From positions 992,001 through 1,056,000 of the forward strand of contig OZ244034.1 in the NCBI GenBank assembly GCA_965215185.1: DNA of 64,000 bases, written 5' to 3'. A program made the position numbers and the translations under genes. Each line of letters begins with the position of its first letter. Within the stretch, counting starts at the first letter, position 1. The notes beneath the pieces were generated by a model. That model had not been told where the DNA came from. It did not search any database and worked only from the letters and a program-made list of their open reading frames with translations. The stretch is from Acidimicrobiia bacterium (lineage in GTDB: Bacteria; Actinomycetota; Acidimicrobiia; Spongiisociales; ZC4RG35). This document shows, piece after piece, positions 16,944-28,010 of the stretch.

Positions 16944-19820
16944 GTGTCCTGGGAGATCCCGGTGGCGGTGGTGCGGGGCGAGGCCGGCACGACCACTTTG
17001 GTCGAGAACGTGGAGGCGCTGCCGGTGGAGCGCTACCGGGTGGAGAAGTATCTGGTCTCTGACCCCGCCGACGTCGACGGCGACTGCGTCGACGACATAA
17101 CTGAGTTGGGTGATCCTGTGGGTATGAGCCCGGTGCATTCCGCCCCCTCGATCAGCTTCAGCGACGGCGTGGCGTCGATACCGGACCTGGAGACGTTCCT
17201 GCAAACGGCACCATTCCGTGACTCGGTGAATACTTCGCTGACCCACGCGGTCGCGGATTCCAAGTTCATACTGCTTGACCGCAGCAGCGAACGCCCGGGC
17301 CTTGTTTTCATCAACACCCACACTCACAAGACCCATGCGGAGTTCTATTACGCGACGGGTCTCGGGCGATCGGAGGACTTCCATGGGAATCTCCACTACG
17401 ACGCACGACTGGTGGCGCCCGACGGCAGCCTCGGGGCGTGGTACCTGTGGATCAAGAGCCGCCTCACCTTCACCGAGATGGACCGCATCTATGCGTTGGT
17501 GGCTGCGAGCACGCAGGCGCTCGACAACAACGTGTACGTCTTCATTCCCGCCTACAAGCTGGACTGGTTCGAAACTCAGCGACAGCAATATGAAGCGTCG
17601 CGGATAGATGTCGTGTTCCACGACGACCTCTCGCCCGATGCTCGCATCGATTTCTTGAACCCAGGCGTGGGGTACGGGCGGCTGCGGGTCATGGATCCCG
17701 ATGGTCGACCCCACCCTCGCGAGGTTGTGATCTATGAGGCTGTGCCAAACGAGCTGCCCCGCGTCGCAGGGATCATCACGACCGTGCGACAGGCGCCGCT
17801 GTCGCATGTGAACCTGCGCGCCGTCCAGGACGGCCTTCCTAACGCTTATGTCCGCGACGTGCTCGACGATCCCGACGTTGCGGCCCTCGTGGGCGGGTTC
17901 GTGCGCTATGAGGTGACCGAGTCCGGATGGTCGCTGCGCGCCGCCACACCAGATGAAGTCGACGAGCATTACGAGTCGGCGAGGCCGTCGCAGGCGCAGA
18001 CACCGCAGCGGGATCTGTCGGTCACGTCCGTCACACCGTTGAGCGATGTGCACTTCGAGGATTGGACCGCGTTCGGGGTCAAGGCCGCCAATGTGGCGGA
18101 GTTGGGCCGGCTCGGGTTCACGGCGGGGACGGTGCCCGAGGGGTTCGCGATCCCATTCTACTTCTATGACGAGTTCATGAGGGCCAACGGGTTCCACGCG
18201 CGTGTCGACGAGATGCTGGCCGATCCCGACTTCCAGGCGGACTTCGACGTCCAGGACGACATGCTCGACGACCTGCGCGAGGACATCGAGGACGCGGACT
18301 CGCCCCAGTGGATCATCGACGCGCTCACCGAGATGCACGCGACGTTCCCTGCCGGGACATCGCTGCGGTACCGGTCGAGCACCAACAACGAGGACCTGCC
18401 GGGATTCAACGGCGCAGGACTGTATGACTCCAAGACCCAGGATCCCGACGAGACCGCAGACGACGGCATCGACAAATCCCTCAAAGGCGTGTTCGCCAGT
18501 CTCTGGAACTTCCGGGCCTTCACCGAACGCGACTTCCATCGCATCGACCACCCGTCGGCTGCGATGGGCGTGCTGGTGCATCCCAACTACTCAGACGAGC
18601 TGGCCAACGGCGTCGCCGTGAGCTTCGACCCGTTCTACGACCTCGGCGGACTCAGCCGGTACTACGTCAACACACAAGTCGGCGAAGATCTGGTCACCAA
18701 TCCCGAGGCGCGCTCGGTGCCCGAGGAACTCCTGCTGATTCCCGACGGCGGCTACGTCGTGCTGTCCACCTCCAATCAGGTAGTCCCCAATGAACTGCTC
18801 ATGAGCGACTCGCAGATCACGCAGCTCACGCAGCATCTCACCACCATCCACGACCACTTCGAGGCGCTGTACCGTCCGGCGGCCGGCGAGCCGTTCGCCA
18901 TCGAGATCGAGTTCAAGATCACCGCCGAGGACATCCTCGCCATCAAGCAAGCCCGCCCCTGGGTATTCAGCGACGCCACCGAAACCACCACGACGACCAC
19001 CACCACCACTACAACTACAACTACAACGACAACTACAACTACAACAACCACCACCGGCGGAGGAGGGGGCGGAGGTGGAGGATCGGGAGGGGGAGGCGGC
19101 AGCAGCGGAGGGGGTGGGGGCTTTGACGGAGGGGGTGGTGGAGAGGAGCCTCTCAGGGCATCGGAACTCTTCCAAGATATAGACACTCTTCCCCCGGGAG
19201 TGTGGTACGAATCGGCGGTCACGTGGATGATCCTTCACAAAGTCACCTCCGGATGTTCCACCACTATGTTCTGTCCCGACGCCAACCTCACCCGCCAACA
19301 ATTCGTCACGTTCCTCTGGAGAGCAGCCGGCCGACCCACCCCCACCTACCAAGGATCAGAAGCCTTCACCGACGTAGCAGAAGGGATCTACTCGGACCAG
19401 GCCATCGGCTGGGCGGTCTCCAACGAAATCACCGTGGGATGCACCCCAGGCACCTTTAGTGATCCCGACTGGAAGTTTTGCCCAACGGATCACGTCACCA
19501 GGGGACAAATGGCCACCCTCCTCTACCGGCACGTAGAAGCCGACTATGTTGGCACAACCCTCCCATACACCGATGTGCAACCAGACCGATACTACGCGGA
19601 AAGCATCACCTGGCTCACCGACTTCCAAATAGTCCCCGGATGCGGACCAAACCTGTTCTGCCCCAACCGAGACAAATAGTCCCCGGATGCGGACCAAACC
19701 TGTTCTGCCCCAACCGATGACGCCACCCGCGCCGAAGCAGCACTCTTCATCAACGGAATAGCCATCCGACCCCACACCTGGGGACCAGGAAACACCAGCT
19801 TCATACCCCAACCAAACTAA
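16944..19820 (+). CDS. Surface protein with phospho-His swivel-like domain, PEP/pyruvate-binding ATP-grasp (PPDK_N) domain, Thr/Gly linker and SLH repeats; C-terminus frameshifted at 19679
   Basis: VAGIIT..PLSHVNLRA, FGVKAAN, VPEGFAIP, RYRSSTNNEDLPGFNGAGLYDS, VFASLWN, EIEFK..KQARP; poly-T and poly-G linker; FCPDANLTRQQF, FCPTDHVTRGQMA; the natural tail DATRAEAALFING..QPN* ends at 19820. Confidence 0.8.
18977..19140 (+). repeat. Low-complexity poly-Thr / poly-Gly linker
   Basis: acc/aca/act codon run followed by a ggn codon run. Confidence 0.9.
19626..19717. repeat. Tandem duplication with 47-bp period
   Basis: caaatagtccccggatgcggaccaaacctgttctgccccaaccga starts at 19626 and again at 19673. 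Confidence 0.92.
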
Positions 19821-20671
19821 ACCAACCAAAACGACACCCCAAGCACCAACCACCAGGAGAGAAGTTCGGGTTCTCCGTGTGTATCGCCATGCCACACGGG
19901 TCCGACGGTGGGGTGAACGATCTGCCCGGGACATATAGGGCTGGGGGGTTCTTGGACTGTCCGGTCTAGGTTCCTCCTTATCTAGGGATCAAAGATGACC
20001 CTCTCCTTGATGGACGGCTCTCCAGTGTGCCGGGGCCCCGCCATCTCTCATCAGAAACATAGTTCTTCGTTGTCAGTTTCCAATGTGGGCGCATCAACAG
20101 CATTGGCACGACAAGCCGAGGGCATGGTGGGGAGTATTGGGTGTGGAGTTGATGGCATGAGGATGGCGAGAGGTCACAGAGGAAGCGGTAAGCGCTGATC
20201 GTGTGGAGGAAAAAGCCGAAACTTCGGCTCCCAGTTTGGCGTTTCCGCAGGGTTCCAAATGTGGAGCATCTTGCTTTCAAATATGGAGCCCCCTCGAAAA
20301 CCCCTATTAAGCCGCAGATCAGGGGTGGTCGCTCATACCCCACATTGTTTCATCCTGTTTCATGATGTGTCATACCGCACTAAAAGCCCAGGACAAAGAC
20401 CAACCTTTTAGAGTCAGAGGCCTTGAAGTATGGCCCCTTTGACTTCCTTGACTTTCCTGAATGCTTCTGTTGGCACACCAGCCGGTTCTGCGGCGGGTTA
20501 GACCTTGTCCCGGTCGAGGACGCCATGAGTTTGAGGGTTTCCTGAGAGACTCTATGGGATCTGGTTCCTTATGGGGTTAGGCGGTTTGGCTTGGTGCAAT
20601 GAGTGGAAGTGCCCAGGACAGCAATCGGGGAATGGAGACCGGGACCTGTTGCGACGGTAATGTGCTGATGC

Positions 20672-21172
20672 ATGAGTGAGACCTTCGAACGTGTCCTCGG
20701 TCTGCGGGCCATCCGTCATTTCCAGGACCGTCCGGTCGAGCGGGAAGACCTCGAGCGGGTGTTAGAGGCAGGCAGGTGGACGGGCAGCTCGAAGAACCGC
20801 CAGAACTGGTCGGTGGTGGTCATCCGCGATCGGGAGCAGATTGAGCGGCTGGCCGGGTGCGGGGACTTTACCAAGCCTGTGCGGGTGGCGCCGGTGGCGC
20901 TTGCCCTCGTCCAGGAGCCGGAGACCTACGAATTCGACACAGGACGCTTGGCGCAGAACATCATGTTGGCGGCCGACGCTCTGGGCATGGCCACCTGCCC
21001 CATCACCCTTCACCGGGACCAGGACGCGGCTCGGGTCCTCGGGTTGCCGCCGGGGTGGCGGTGCCGCTACGCCATCGCGCTCGGATACCCCGCCCCCAAC
21101 GCCCGCCCGGCCCGGTTCGGGGGTCGCAAACCCATCGACGAAATCCTTCATCGGGACTCGTTCGGCCAATGA
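20672..21172 (+). CDS. Nitroreductase family protein
   Basis: RAIRHFQDRPV, LEAGRWTGSSKNRQNW, AQNIMLAADALG, IALGYP. Confidence 0.9.
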   Translation: MSETFERVLGLRAIRHFQDRPVEREDLERVLEAGRWTGSSKNRQNWSVVVIRDREQIERLAGCGDFTKPVRVAPVALALVQEPETYEFDTGRLAQNIMLAADALGMATCPITLHRDQDAARVLGLPPGWRCRYAIALGYPAPNARPARFGGRKPIDEILHRDSFGQ

Positions 21173-22827
21173 CCGCAACCGCTGTCCCGCTGGCCGACGA
21201 GTACTGGGAGTTCCGGCTCGAACACTGCCAGTTCGCCAATCTCGCCCTCGGCGAGTTGAGCCGCCTGGAGCAGTGGGACGATCTCTCGGCGGAGGGAATT
21301 GCGGCCTCCAGGGAGGCTTTCCTCCGGTTCGCCCGCAGTGCGGCCCACGTGGCCGTGGGGGAGGCGTCCGACCGGATACTCGCAGAGACGGTCGCCGCGG
21401 CCGCCTTCATGGATGCGACCGTGACGGTGTGGTGGCCACAACTGCAGGCAGCCAACTCGCAGACCGGGCTGCTGAGCCTGCTGCTTCCGGCGCTCCACCT
21501 CCAGCCGCTGGTCACCGCCGACCACGGCCGCCGGTATCTGGACAAGCTGGGTCGGTTCCCGGGGATGATCGACCAGTTGGTCGACAGGCTGGTGGAAGGC
21601 GCCGCCACCGGAGTTGTCCCCCTCGCCCGCCATGTGCGACAGACCATCGGGCAGCTTGACCTGGTTCTCGCCCGGCCACCGGGCGACGACCCGATCGCCA
21701 CCCAGCCCGCTCCCACCGAACTCGGCCCGGTGGAGGCCTCCCGATGGCGGGCCGCGCTGGTGGAAGGGATCGAGACCGGTGTGCGTCCCGGCCTGGCCAG
21801 CTTCCAGGAGGCATTGCGCGAGGTGACCCTCCCCGCTGGACGCCTCGATAACCAGGCCGGGCTCTGCCATCTCCCCGGCGGTGACGCGGTGTACGGTGAC
21901 ATGGTCAGGGGCCACACGACCCTGGACCTGGAACCAGAGGCGATACACGAGCTAGGCCTGGAGAGAATCGCGTTACTGGAGGACGAGTACCGGCGTATCG
22001 CCGGACCGCTGCTCGGCACCGACGAGGTCACCGACATATACGGCCGCCTGCGCGACGATCCGCAGCTGCGATACACTCGCTCCGAGGATCTGGTGGCGGA
22101 CGCGCTCCGATACCTTGACAAGGCCGCCGCGGCGATGGGCGAATGGTTCGACCCCACCCCCCGGGCGCCCTGCCTGGCCAGCCCCATCGACTTGGGGGCC
22201 ATGGCCTACTACTACCCGCCCACTGCCGACGGTGTGCGACCGGGCCACTTCTTTTTCAACGTCTCCGATCCGACTGCCTGGACCACGTTCCAGGTTCCCG
22301 AGGTGGCCTATCACGAGGGCATCCCGGGTCACCACCTCCAGATGGCCCTGGCCATCGAGAACACCGATATCCACGACATCCACCGCAACTGTTACCTGCC
22401 GGCCTTCGGCGAAGGATGGGGTCTGTACAGTGAGCGGCTCTCCGACGAGATGGGCCTGTACGCGGACGACTGGGAGCGGGTCGGGATGCTCAGCGCCGAC
22501 TCACTGCGGGCTGGGCGGCTGGTCGTGGACACCGGCATCCACGCCCTGGGCTGGTCGCGCAGCAAGGCCGTCGGGTTCCTGGCCGACCACTCGCCCATGT
22601 CGCTTCACGGAATCACCGAGGAGATCGACCGGTACATCGCCTGCCCCGGCCAAGCCCTCTCCTACATGCTCGGCCGCCTCGAAATTGAGGCCCTGCGGGC
22701 CGAGGCCGAAGCCCGACTAGGCGCGGCCTTTGACATCAGGAGCTTCCACAGAACCGTCCTCGGCAACGGCTCGGTCTCACTGAGCAGCCTCCGTTCGATG
22801 GTCGGGGAGTGGTTGGACTCCAGCTGA
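21169..22827 (+). CDS. DUF885 family protein (zincin-like peptidase)
   Basis: Start MTATAVP overlaps the upstream stop; HEGIPGHHLQ, EGWGLYSE, RLVVDTGIH, PGQALSY, FDIRSFH. Confidence 0.9.
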   Translation: MTATAVPLADEYWEFRLEHCQFANLALGELSRLEQWDDLSAEGIAASREAFLRFARSAAHVAVGEASDRILAETVAAAAFMDATVTVWWPQLQAANSQTGLLSLLLPALHLQPLVTADHGRRYLDKLGRFPGMIDQLVDRLVEGAATGVVPLARHVRQTIGQLDLVLARPPGDDPIATQPAPTELGPVEASRWRAALVEGIETGVRPGLASFQEALREVTLPAGRLDNQAGLCHLPGGDAVYGDMVRGHTTLDLEPEAIHELGLERIALLEDEYRRIAGPLLGTDEVTDIYGRLRDDPQLRYTRSEDLVADALRYLDKAAAAMGEWFDPTPRAPCLASPIDLGAMAYYYPPTADGVRPGHFFFNVSDPTAWTTFQVPEVAYHEGIPGHHLQMALAIENTDIHDIHRNCYLPAFGEGWGLYSERLSDEMGLYADDWERVGMLSADSLRAGRLVVDTGIHALGWSRSKAVGFLADHSPMSLHGITEEIDRYIACPGQALSYMLGRLEIEALRAEAEARLGAAFDIRSFHRTVLGNGSVSLSSLRSMVGEWLDSS

Positions 22828-23013
22828 CACCACTGCCTGTGTGGTTTGATCCGGTTTAGGTAATCGTCATCAATGAGGAGTTACTGGAACCTGACAACCA
22901 TCATCACTTCCCACCAGTTTTCCGGGGAGCGTATTTGACCCTGTCGTTCGCCTTCGTGGTACCGGGGAACTGACTGGCAGCAAAAGCAGATCGCCAGAGG
23001 TTTGGAGACCGGG

Positions 23014-24000
23014 TTAGGTTCGGCTTAGCGCCTCCGGGTTGACGACGTTTTGGGGGCGTCCCTGCAAGAAAGCGATCACGTTGTCGACGGCACCCTCATT
23101 CAGCAGATCGATTCCCTCCGGTGTCTGGTCGGCTAGGTGTGGGGTCAGCACCACCTGCTCGCACCCCAGTATGGGGTCGTCCGCGGGCAGGGGCTCGACG
23201 TCGTAGACGTCCAGGGCCGCTCCCGCGAGATGGCCGGAATGCAAGGCCCGCACGAGTGCGTTCTTCTCGACAAGCGCCCCCCGTCCTCCGTTCACCAGAA
23301 GCGCCCCGGGCTTCATGAGCCAGATCTCGCGCTCGCCTATCATCCCGCGAGTCTCGTCGGTCAGCGCAACATGGAGGCTCACCACGTCCGCGGTGGTCAG
23401 AAGCTCATCGAGTGCGACGTAGCGGACTCCCAGCCGCCGTGCCCGTTCGTCCGACGGGTGGAACGTCCATGCCACCACGTCCATCCCAAGCGCGTTGGCC
23501 AGTCTCGCCATCTCAGAACCTATATTCCCGGTGCCGACGACGCCGAGGGTCTTGCCCTGCAGATAGACGTTCTCCCTGCGAGTCCAACGGCCGGACTTCA
23601 GCTCAATCGTCTGGAATGCAGCCCTCTTCGCGGCCGCGAACATGAGGCCGAAGATGTGTTCAGCGACCACCCCGGCAGTCCGTCCGGGCAGGTTGCTCAC
23701 GACCACTCCCATCTCTGACGCCGCCGCCAGATCGATGCTATCGGTTCCGATGGCGCACACCGATATGAGACGCAGCTTCGGCAGCGAGCCCAACATCTCC
23801 GCTCGCCACGTAACCGCCCCGCGCGTGTTGATAATCACCACCGCGTCCCTGGCCCGCTCTACCTTCTGTGCATCGGTGGGGCGGTCTGCGTACACGATCA
23901 CCTCTCCGAACGGCGCCAGACGATCGAGGTGGGGAGAGCCCTGGATCTGTACCGGCTCGTCGCCGGGGACGACAATGGTGAAACGTCCTTCGAAGCTCAT
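23014..24000 (-). CDS. D-isomer-specific 2-hydroxyacid dehydrogenase (SerA-like)
   Basis: GVVGTGNIG, DVVSLH, MKPGALLVNGGRG, AALDVYDVEP, LTPHLA; GGAG RBS before MSFEGR. Confidence 0.92.
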   Translation of the reverse strand: MSFEGRFTIVVPGDEPVQIQGSPHLDRLAPFGEVIVYADRPTDAQKVERARDAVVIINTRGAVTWRAEMLGSLPKLRLISVCAIGTDSIDLAAASEMGVVVSNLPGRTAGVVAEHIFGLMFAAAKRAAFQTIELKSGRWTRRENVYLQGKTLGVVGTGNIGSEMARLANALGMDVVAWTFHPSDERARRLGVRYVALDELLTTADVVSLHVALTDETRGMIGEREIWLMKPGALLVNGGRGALVEKNALVRALHSGHLAGAALDVYDVEPLPADDPILGCEQVVLTPHLADQTPEGIDLLNEGAVDNVIAFLQGRPQNVVNPEALSRT

Positions 24001-24490
24001 TCCAATTCTCCGTTTTTGCTCCACTTCACTTGGGAGCCTCCGGTCGGCAGACTATCGTCACGTCCGCCGAAAAGTCAAGGCGGCACATCGCGGCAAGATC
24101 CGGCCCGGGGTATTATCCGGGCCGCCAATCCGTATCGGAAGGAGATCACACTTTGGAACTGGACCTTCGGACCTCAACTATCCTGTGGTCATTGCAGCCG
24201 TCGTCAACATGTTCGAGAGTGGTGCGAGGAGCAAGCCGAGCAACGCCGCTCTCAAGCCAAAAACTGCGCTAGTTCTTGAGATCTCAATCTCCTCCTAGAA
24301 CGCGCTCCACGGTTCGGGTTCGGCACTTCCTTCGCCCCAGCGTAAGAGATCGATTAGGTGCTGTGAGTGCCCACGGACCCATCCCTTTGGCTAAACGCCC
24401 GCAATCGACATTTTAAAAGCCGCCCCTCCCCAGGTAACCGCACAAGTGAGGGTTACGATAGTTTCTGTCAACCAAATGGAAGGGGCGACA

Positions 24491-26200
24491 ATGAACCTGC
24501 TCAAAAACAGAGTAACCCTTGGCATCGTATTGCTTTTAACTCTGTCGCTGATTGCGGCGGCGTGCGGAGGCGATGATGAGGACACTGCCACCACTGTGGC
24601 GGCTCAGGTAACTCCCACCACTGCCGCTGCCACTACGACAACGGCGGCGCCAGCCGAAGAGGCGCCAGCGCCGGACGACGACATGGCCGACGACGACATG
24701 GCCGACGAGGATATGGCCGACGACGACATGATGGAAGAGGATGCGGATGGTCCCAAGTACGGAGGCGACCTGGTCTTCGCCCGTAACAGGGACAACACCA
24801 CCCTCGATCCCGGAGCCGCGGTTGAGACCGACACCATCTATGTCCTAGACCACATTTTCGAGACGCTGTTTGCCACCAGCGACGATGGCGCCAGCGTGGA
24901 GCCTTGGCTAGCCAGTGGCTCCGAAATCTCCGACGACGGCAAGACCTGGACCGTTACCTTGCGGCAAGGGGTCCTGTTCTCCAACGGCCAGCCGATGACG
25001 TCGACCGATGTGCAGTTCTCTATACAGCGCGCTATTGACGAGGCGGCGTTCGGCTTCCTGCTCTCTGCCATAGAGTCGATCGAGACTCCCGACGACAGTA
25101 CGGTCATCTTCACCACGAGTTTCCCATGGGCGCCGTTCCTCGCCGATCTTTCGGTGTGGGCGGCCGGGATCATGCCCGCCGACTTCGGAGGCATGAGCGC
25201 CGAAGAGTTCTTCGAGAACCCGATCGGCACCGGTCCCTTCATCTTCGACGAATGGGCCCCTGGCGAGTACATCCGGTTGGTAAAGAACCCGAACTACTGG
25301 CAGGAAGGAAAGCCCTACGTGGATAGCGTCACCTGGACCCAGGTTCCGGACGAGAACACCCGCATTCTCCAGTTAGAGGGTGGCCAGGCGCACATAGCCC
25401 AAGGGGTGCCGCTCAACCTGTTGGACTCACTGAACGAGCGGGACAATATAACGGCGGCCACCTTCCCGGCGACCACCGTTTACTGGGTCAGCTTCAACAC
25501 GACCATCGCACCGTTCGATGACGTGCATGTCAGGCGGGCAATCGCCCACGCCATCGATCAGGACGCCATAGCCAACGCTGCGCTGTACGGTCACGGCGGC
25601 CCGGCATGCTCTGTCATCTCCCCGGCTGTGCCCTATCACGATCCCAACACTCCCTGCCTGGAGAGCGACATGGATGCGGCCAGGGCCGAACTGGCGCAGT
25701 CGAGCGTGCCGGATGGCTTCACCGCCGAATACCTGGTTGGAGATCAATCGCCGAACCTGCCCATAGTGGAGATCATCCAGGGGCAACTGGCGCCGCTAGG
25801 TATCGACATAGTCATTCGGTCCATCGATCCGGGCCAGTTGTACTCCACCGTGTCTTCCTTCGACTACGACATAGCGTTCACCGGTTGGACGATGGACATT
25901 CCCGATCCAGACCAGAAGATCTCCTTCATGTTCGATCCGGAACTGGGTGGAGGCGACTCCTACAGCACCGGCTACAACAACCCGGAGATGATCGAACTGG
26001 TGAGAGCCGGCCAGCAAACGTTTGATTCCGACGCTCGAGCCCAGGTCTACGCAGACATTCAGGCGCTCAACGCCCAAGAGGTGCCGTTCATCCCCTTGGT
26101 GGTGCTGGATGCGCCCTTCGCCTGGCGTGACGAGGTCAGGGGCCTGTTGGTGAACCCGGTAGGAAAGAGGCACTTGGAGAACGTCTGGCTCGATCAGTAA
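24491..26200 (+). CDS. ABC transporter substrate-binding lipoprotein, family 5
   Basis: IAAAC lipobox, DDDMA-repeat linker, LRQGVLFSNG, IGTGPF, KNPNYW. Confidence 0.92.
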   Translation: MNLLKNRVTLGIVLLLTLSLIAAACGGDDEDTATTVAAQVTPTTAAATTTTAAPAEEAPAPDDDMADDDMADEDMADDDMMEEDADGPKYGGDLVFARNRDNTTLDPGAAVETDTIYVLDHIFETLFATSDDGASVEPWLASGSEISDDGKTWTVTLRQGVLFSNGQPMTSTDVQFSIQRAIDEAAFGFLLSAIESIETPDDSTVIFTTSFPWAPFLADLSVWAAGIMPADFGGMSAEEFFENPIGTGPFIFDEWAPGEYIRLVKNPNYWQEGKPYVDSVTWTQVPDENTRILQLEGGQAHIAQGVPLNLLDSLNERDNITAATFPATTVYWVSFNTTIAPFDDVHVRRAIAHAIDQDAIANAALYGHGGPACSVISPAVPYHDPNTPCLESDMDAARAELAQSSVPDGFTAEYLVGDQSPNLPIVEIIQGQLAPLGIDIVIRSIDPGQLYSTVSSFDYDIAFTGWTMDIPDPDQKISFMFDPELGGGDSYSTGYNNPEMIELVRAGQQTFDSDARAQVYADIQALNAQEVPFIPLVVLDAPFAWRDEVRGLLVNPVGKRHLENVWLDQ

Positions 26201-26229
26201 CGCCAGTGGTGTAGCAGGCGGCGTGGAAG

Positions 26230-27168
26230 ATGGCCCTCCGGTACTTCCTCCGCCGCCTGCTCAGAATGATCCCGGTGATCGTGGGGATGACGATCATCGT
26301 CTTTTTCATGATCCACCTGGTGCCCGGGGATCCGGCCCGAACCCTGCTCGGACCCCGGGCGCCGGCCGAGGTGATCGAAGCGTTCAACCAGCGGTGGGGC
26401 TTCCACCGTCCCTTGCACGAACAGTTCCTTTCGTTCCTGGGGGGCCTTCTGCAGGGAGATCTGGGCACCTCTCTCAGCTACAACGTCCCGACCACCGAAC
26501 TGGTGTCGGGCCGCTTTACCCCCACCCTGTTGCTCTTGGTCGTCGGTGGGCTGTTCGCCATGGTGATCTCCCTCCCGCTGGCCGTCGCCGCGGCTCTCAG
26601 GGAGGAACGAACGCCGGATCACGTCGTGCGGGTCATCCCGATGGTGGGTCTTGGGCTGCCGGCCTTCTGGGTGGGCATCATCCTTCTGGCGTTTGTCGCT
26701 CTGCGGATCGACTGGCTTCCGGTCGGCGGGTACGGCACGACCTGGCCGGACCGCCTCATCGCCATGATCCTGCCCGGGTTGACCGTGGCGATCGGCATCG
26801 CGCCGTTCACCATCCGAAGCCTCCGTTCGTCCCTGATCGAGGTGATGGAGGCCGACTACATAGCAACGGCGCGCGCCAAGGGTCTGGGCGGCGGTCGGGT
26901 CCTTTGGGCACACGGGCTGCGCAACGCCGTGATTCCCACCGTCACCGTGCTGGCCGTCAACCTCGGCTGGCTGGTGGGCAACACCCTGATCGTGGAAAAG
27001 GTGTTCGCCATTCCCGGCCTGGGCGCCTTGATGATCGACGCCGTCCTGGAACGTGACTTTGCGGTTGTCCAGGGGCTGGCGCTCATATTCGGGCTGTTGG
27101 TGGTGCTGGTGAACCTGCTGGCCGATATGGTGCGGGCGGCGCTCGACCCCAGGGTCCAGCTGTCATGA
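26230..27168 (+). CDS. ABC permease (DppB-like)
   Basis: PGDPA, GDLGTS, DYIATARAKGL, VEKVFAIPGLG, RDFAVVQG, LDPRV. Confidence 0.93.
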   Translation: MALRYFLRRLLRMIPVIVGMTIIVFFMIHLVPGDPARTLLGPRAPAEVIEAFNQRWGFHRPLHEQFLSFLGGLLQGDLGTSLSYNVPTTELVSGRFTPTLLLLVVGGLFAMVISLPLAVAAALREERTPDHVVRVIPMVGLGLPAFWVGIILLAFVALRIDWLPVGGYGTTWPDRLIAMILPGLTVAIGIAPFTIRSLRSSLIEVMEADYIATARAKGLGGGRVLWAHGLRNAVIPTVTVLAVNLGWLVGNTLIVEKVFAIPGLGALMIDAVLERDFAVVQGLALIFGLLVVLVNLLADMVRAALDPRVQLS

Positions 27169-28010
27169 CCGCCCCTTCCCGGTCCAAGTCTCCCAAATTC
27201 GCCATCCGGGGGAGGCGTTCCCGTTCTCTCATCATCGGGTCGAGCCTTCTGAGCGTGATGGTGGCCGCCGCCGTACTGGCGCCCTGGCTGACCCCCTACG
27301 ATCCCATCGCCCTGGATCTGAACTCAACCCTTCAGCCTTCTTCGCTCGACCATCTGCTGGGCACCGATCACCTGGGCCGGGATGTGTGGACACGCCTTTT
27401 GTATGCGGCGCGAATCGACCTTCTGATCGGTGTCGGAGCGGTGATAACCCCGTTCGTGACAGGGACGCTCCTCGGAGCATTGGCCGGCTACTACGGCGGA
27501 AAGGTCGACCTGGTGGTCTCCGCCGCCACCGACATGCTGATGGCCTTCCCCTATTACGTGCTGATCATCGCCCTGGTGTTCTCTCTCGGACCCGGCATCC
27601 CGTCCATCTTCATCGCCATGGCGGTAGTGGCGTGGGTGTCTTATGCCCGGATCGTACGAGGGGAGGTGCTTATCGCCCGCGGCCAAGAATACGTCCTGGC
27701 CGCCAAGACCCTTGGATATAGAGATCTGCGCATCATCATCCGCCATATCCTCCCCAATGTGATCACCCAGCCGGTGACCTATGCCATGTCGGATATCGTG
27801 GTGATCATCGTGGGTGTCGTCACCCTCAGTTACCTGGGCCTCGGCGTTCCCCCGCCCACCGCCGACTGGGGATCGATGATCGCCTCGGGACAAGTGTTTT
27901 TAACCACCCATTGGCAGCTGTCGACCATTCCGGGTTTGGCGGTGGTAATCGTCGGATTGGCCTTTTCGCTAATCGGTGACGGGCTGACTCATAGGCTGCG
28001 TCCCGAGTGA
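27165..28010 (+). CDS. ABC permease (DppC-like)
   Basis: LGTDHLGRD, EYVLAAKTLG, RHILPN, LSYLGLG, DWGSMI, GDGL. Confidence 0.93.
   Translation: MTAPSRSKSPKFAIRGRRSRSLIIGSSLLSVMVAAAVLAPWLTPYDPIALDLNSTLQPSSLDHLLGTDHLGRDVWTRLLYAARIDLLIGVGAVITPFVTGTLLGALAGYYGGKVDLVVSAATDMLMAFPYYVLIIALVFSLGPGIPSIFIAMAVVAWVSYARIVRGEVLIARGQEYVLAAKTLGYRDLRIIIRHILPNVITQPVTYAMSDIVVIIVGVVTLSYLGLGVPPPTADWGSMIASGQVFLTTHWQLSTIPGLAVVIVGLAFSLIGDGLTHRLRPE

Noticed and set aside
16794-18581. 595-aa minus-strand ORF and other long antisense ORFs (7307-8323, 21003-22202, 34350-35837, 52742-53806, 55239-56228)
   Set aside because: Shadow frames of well-supported genes in GC-rich DNA.
19850-20660. Possible tRNA/att site or integrase remnant (tcccggtcgaggacgcca) and an IS481-like end near 19915-19940
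   Set aside because: No cloverleaf can be built, no convincing integrase motifs, and the IS-end similarity is too short to support.
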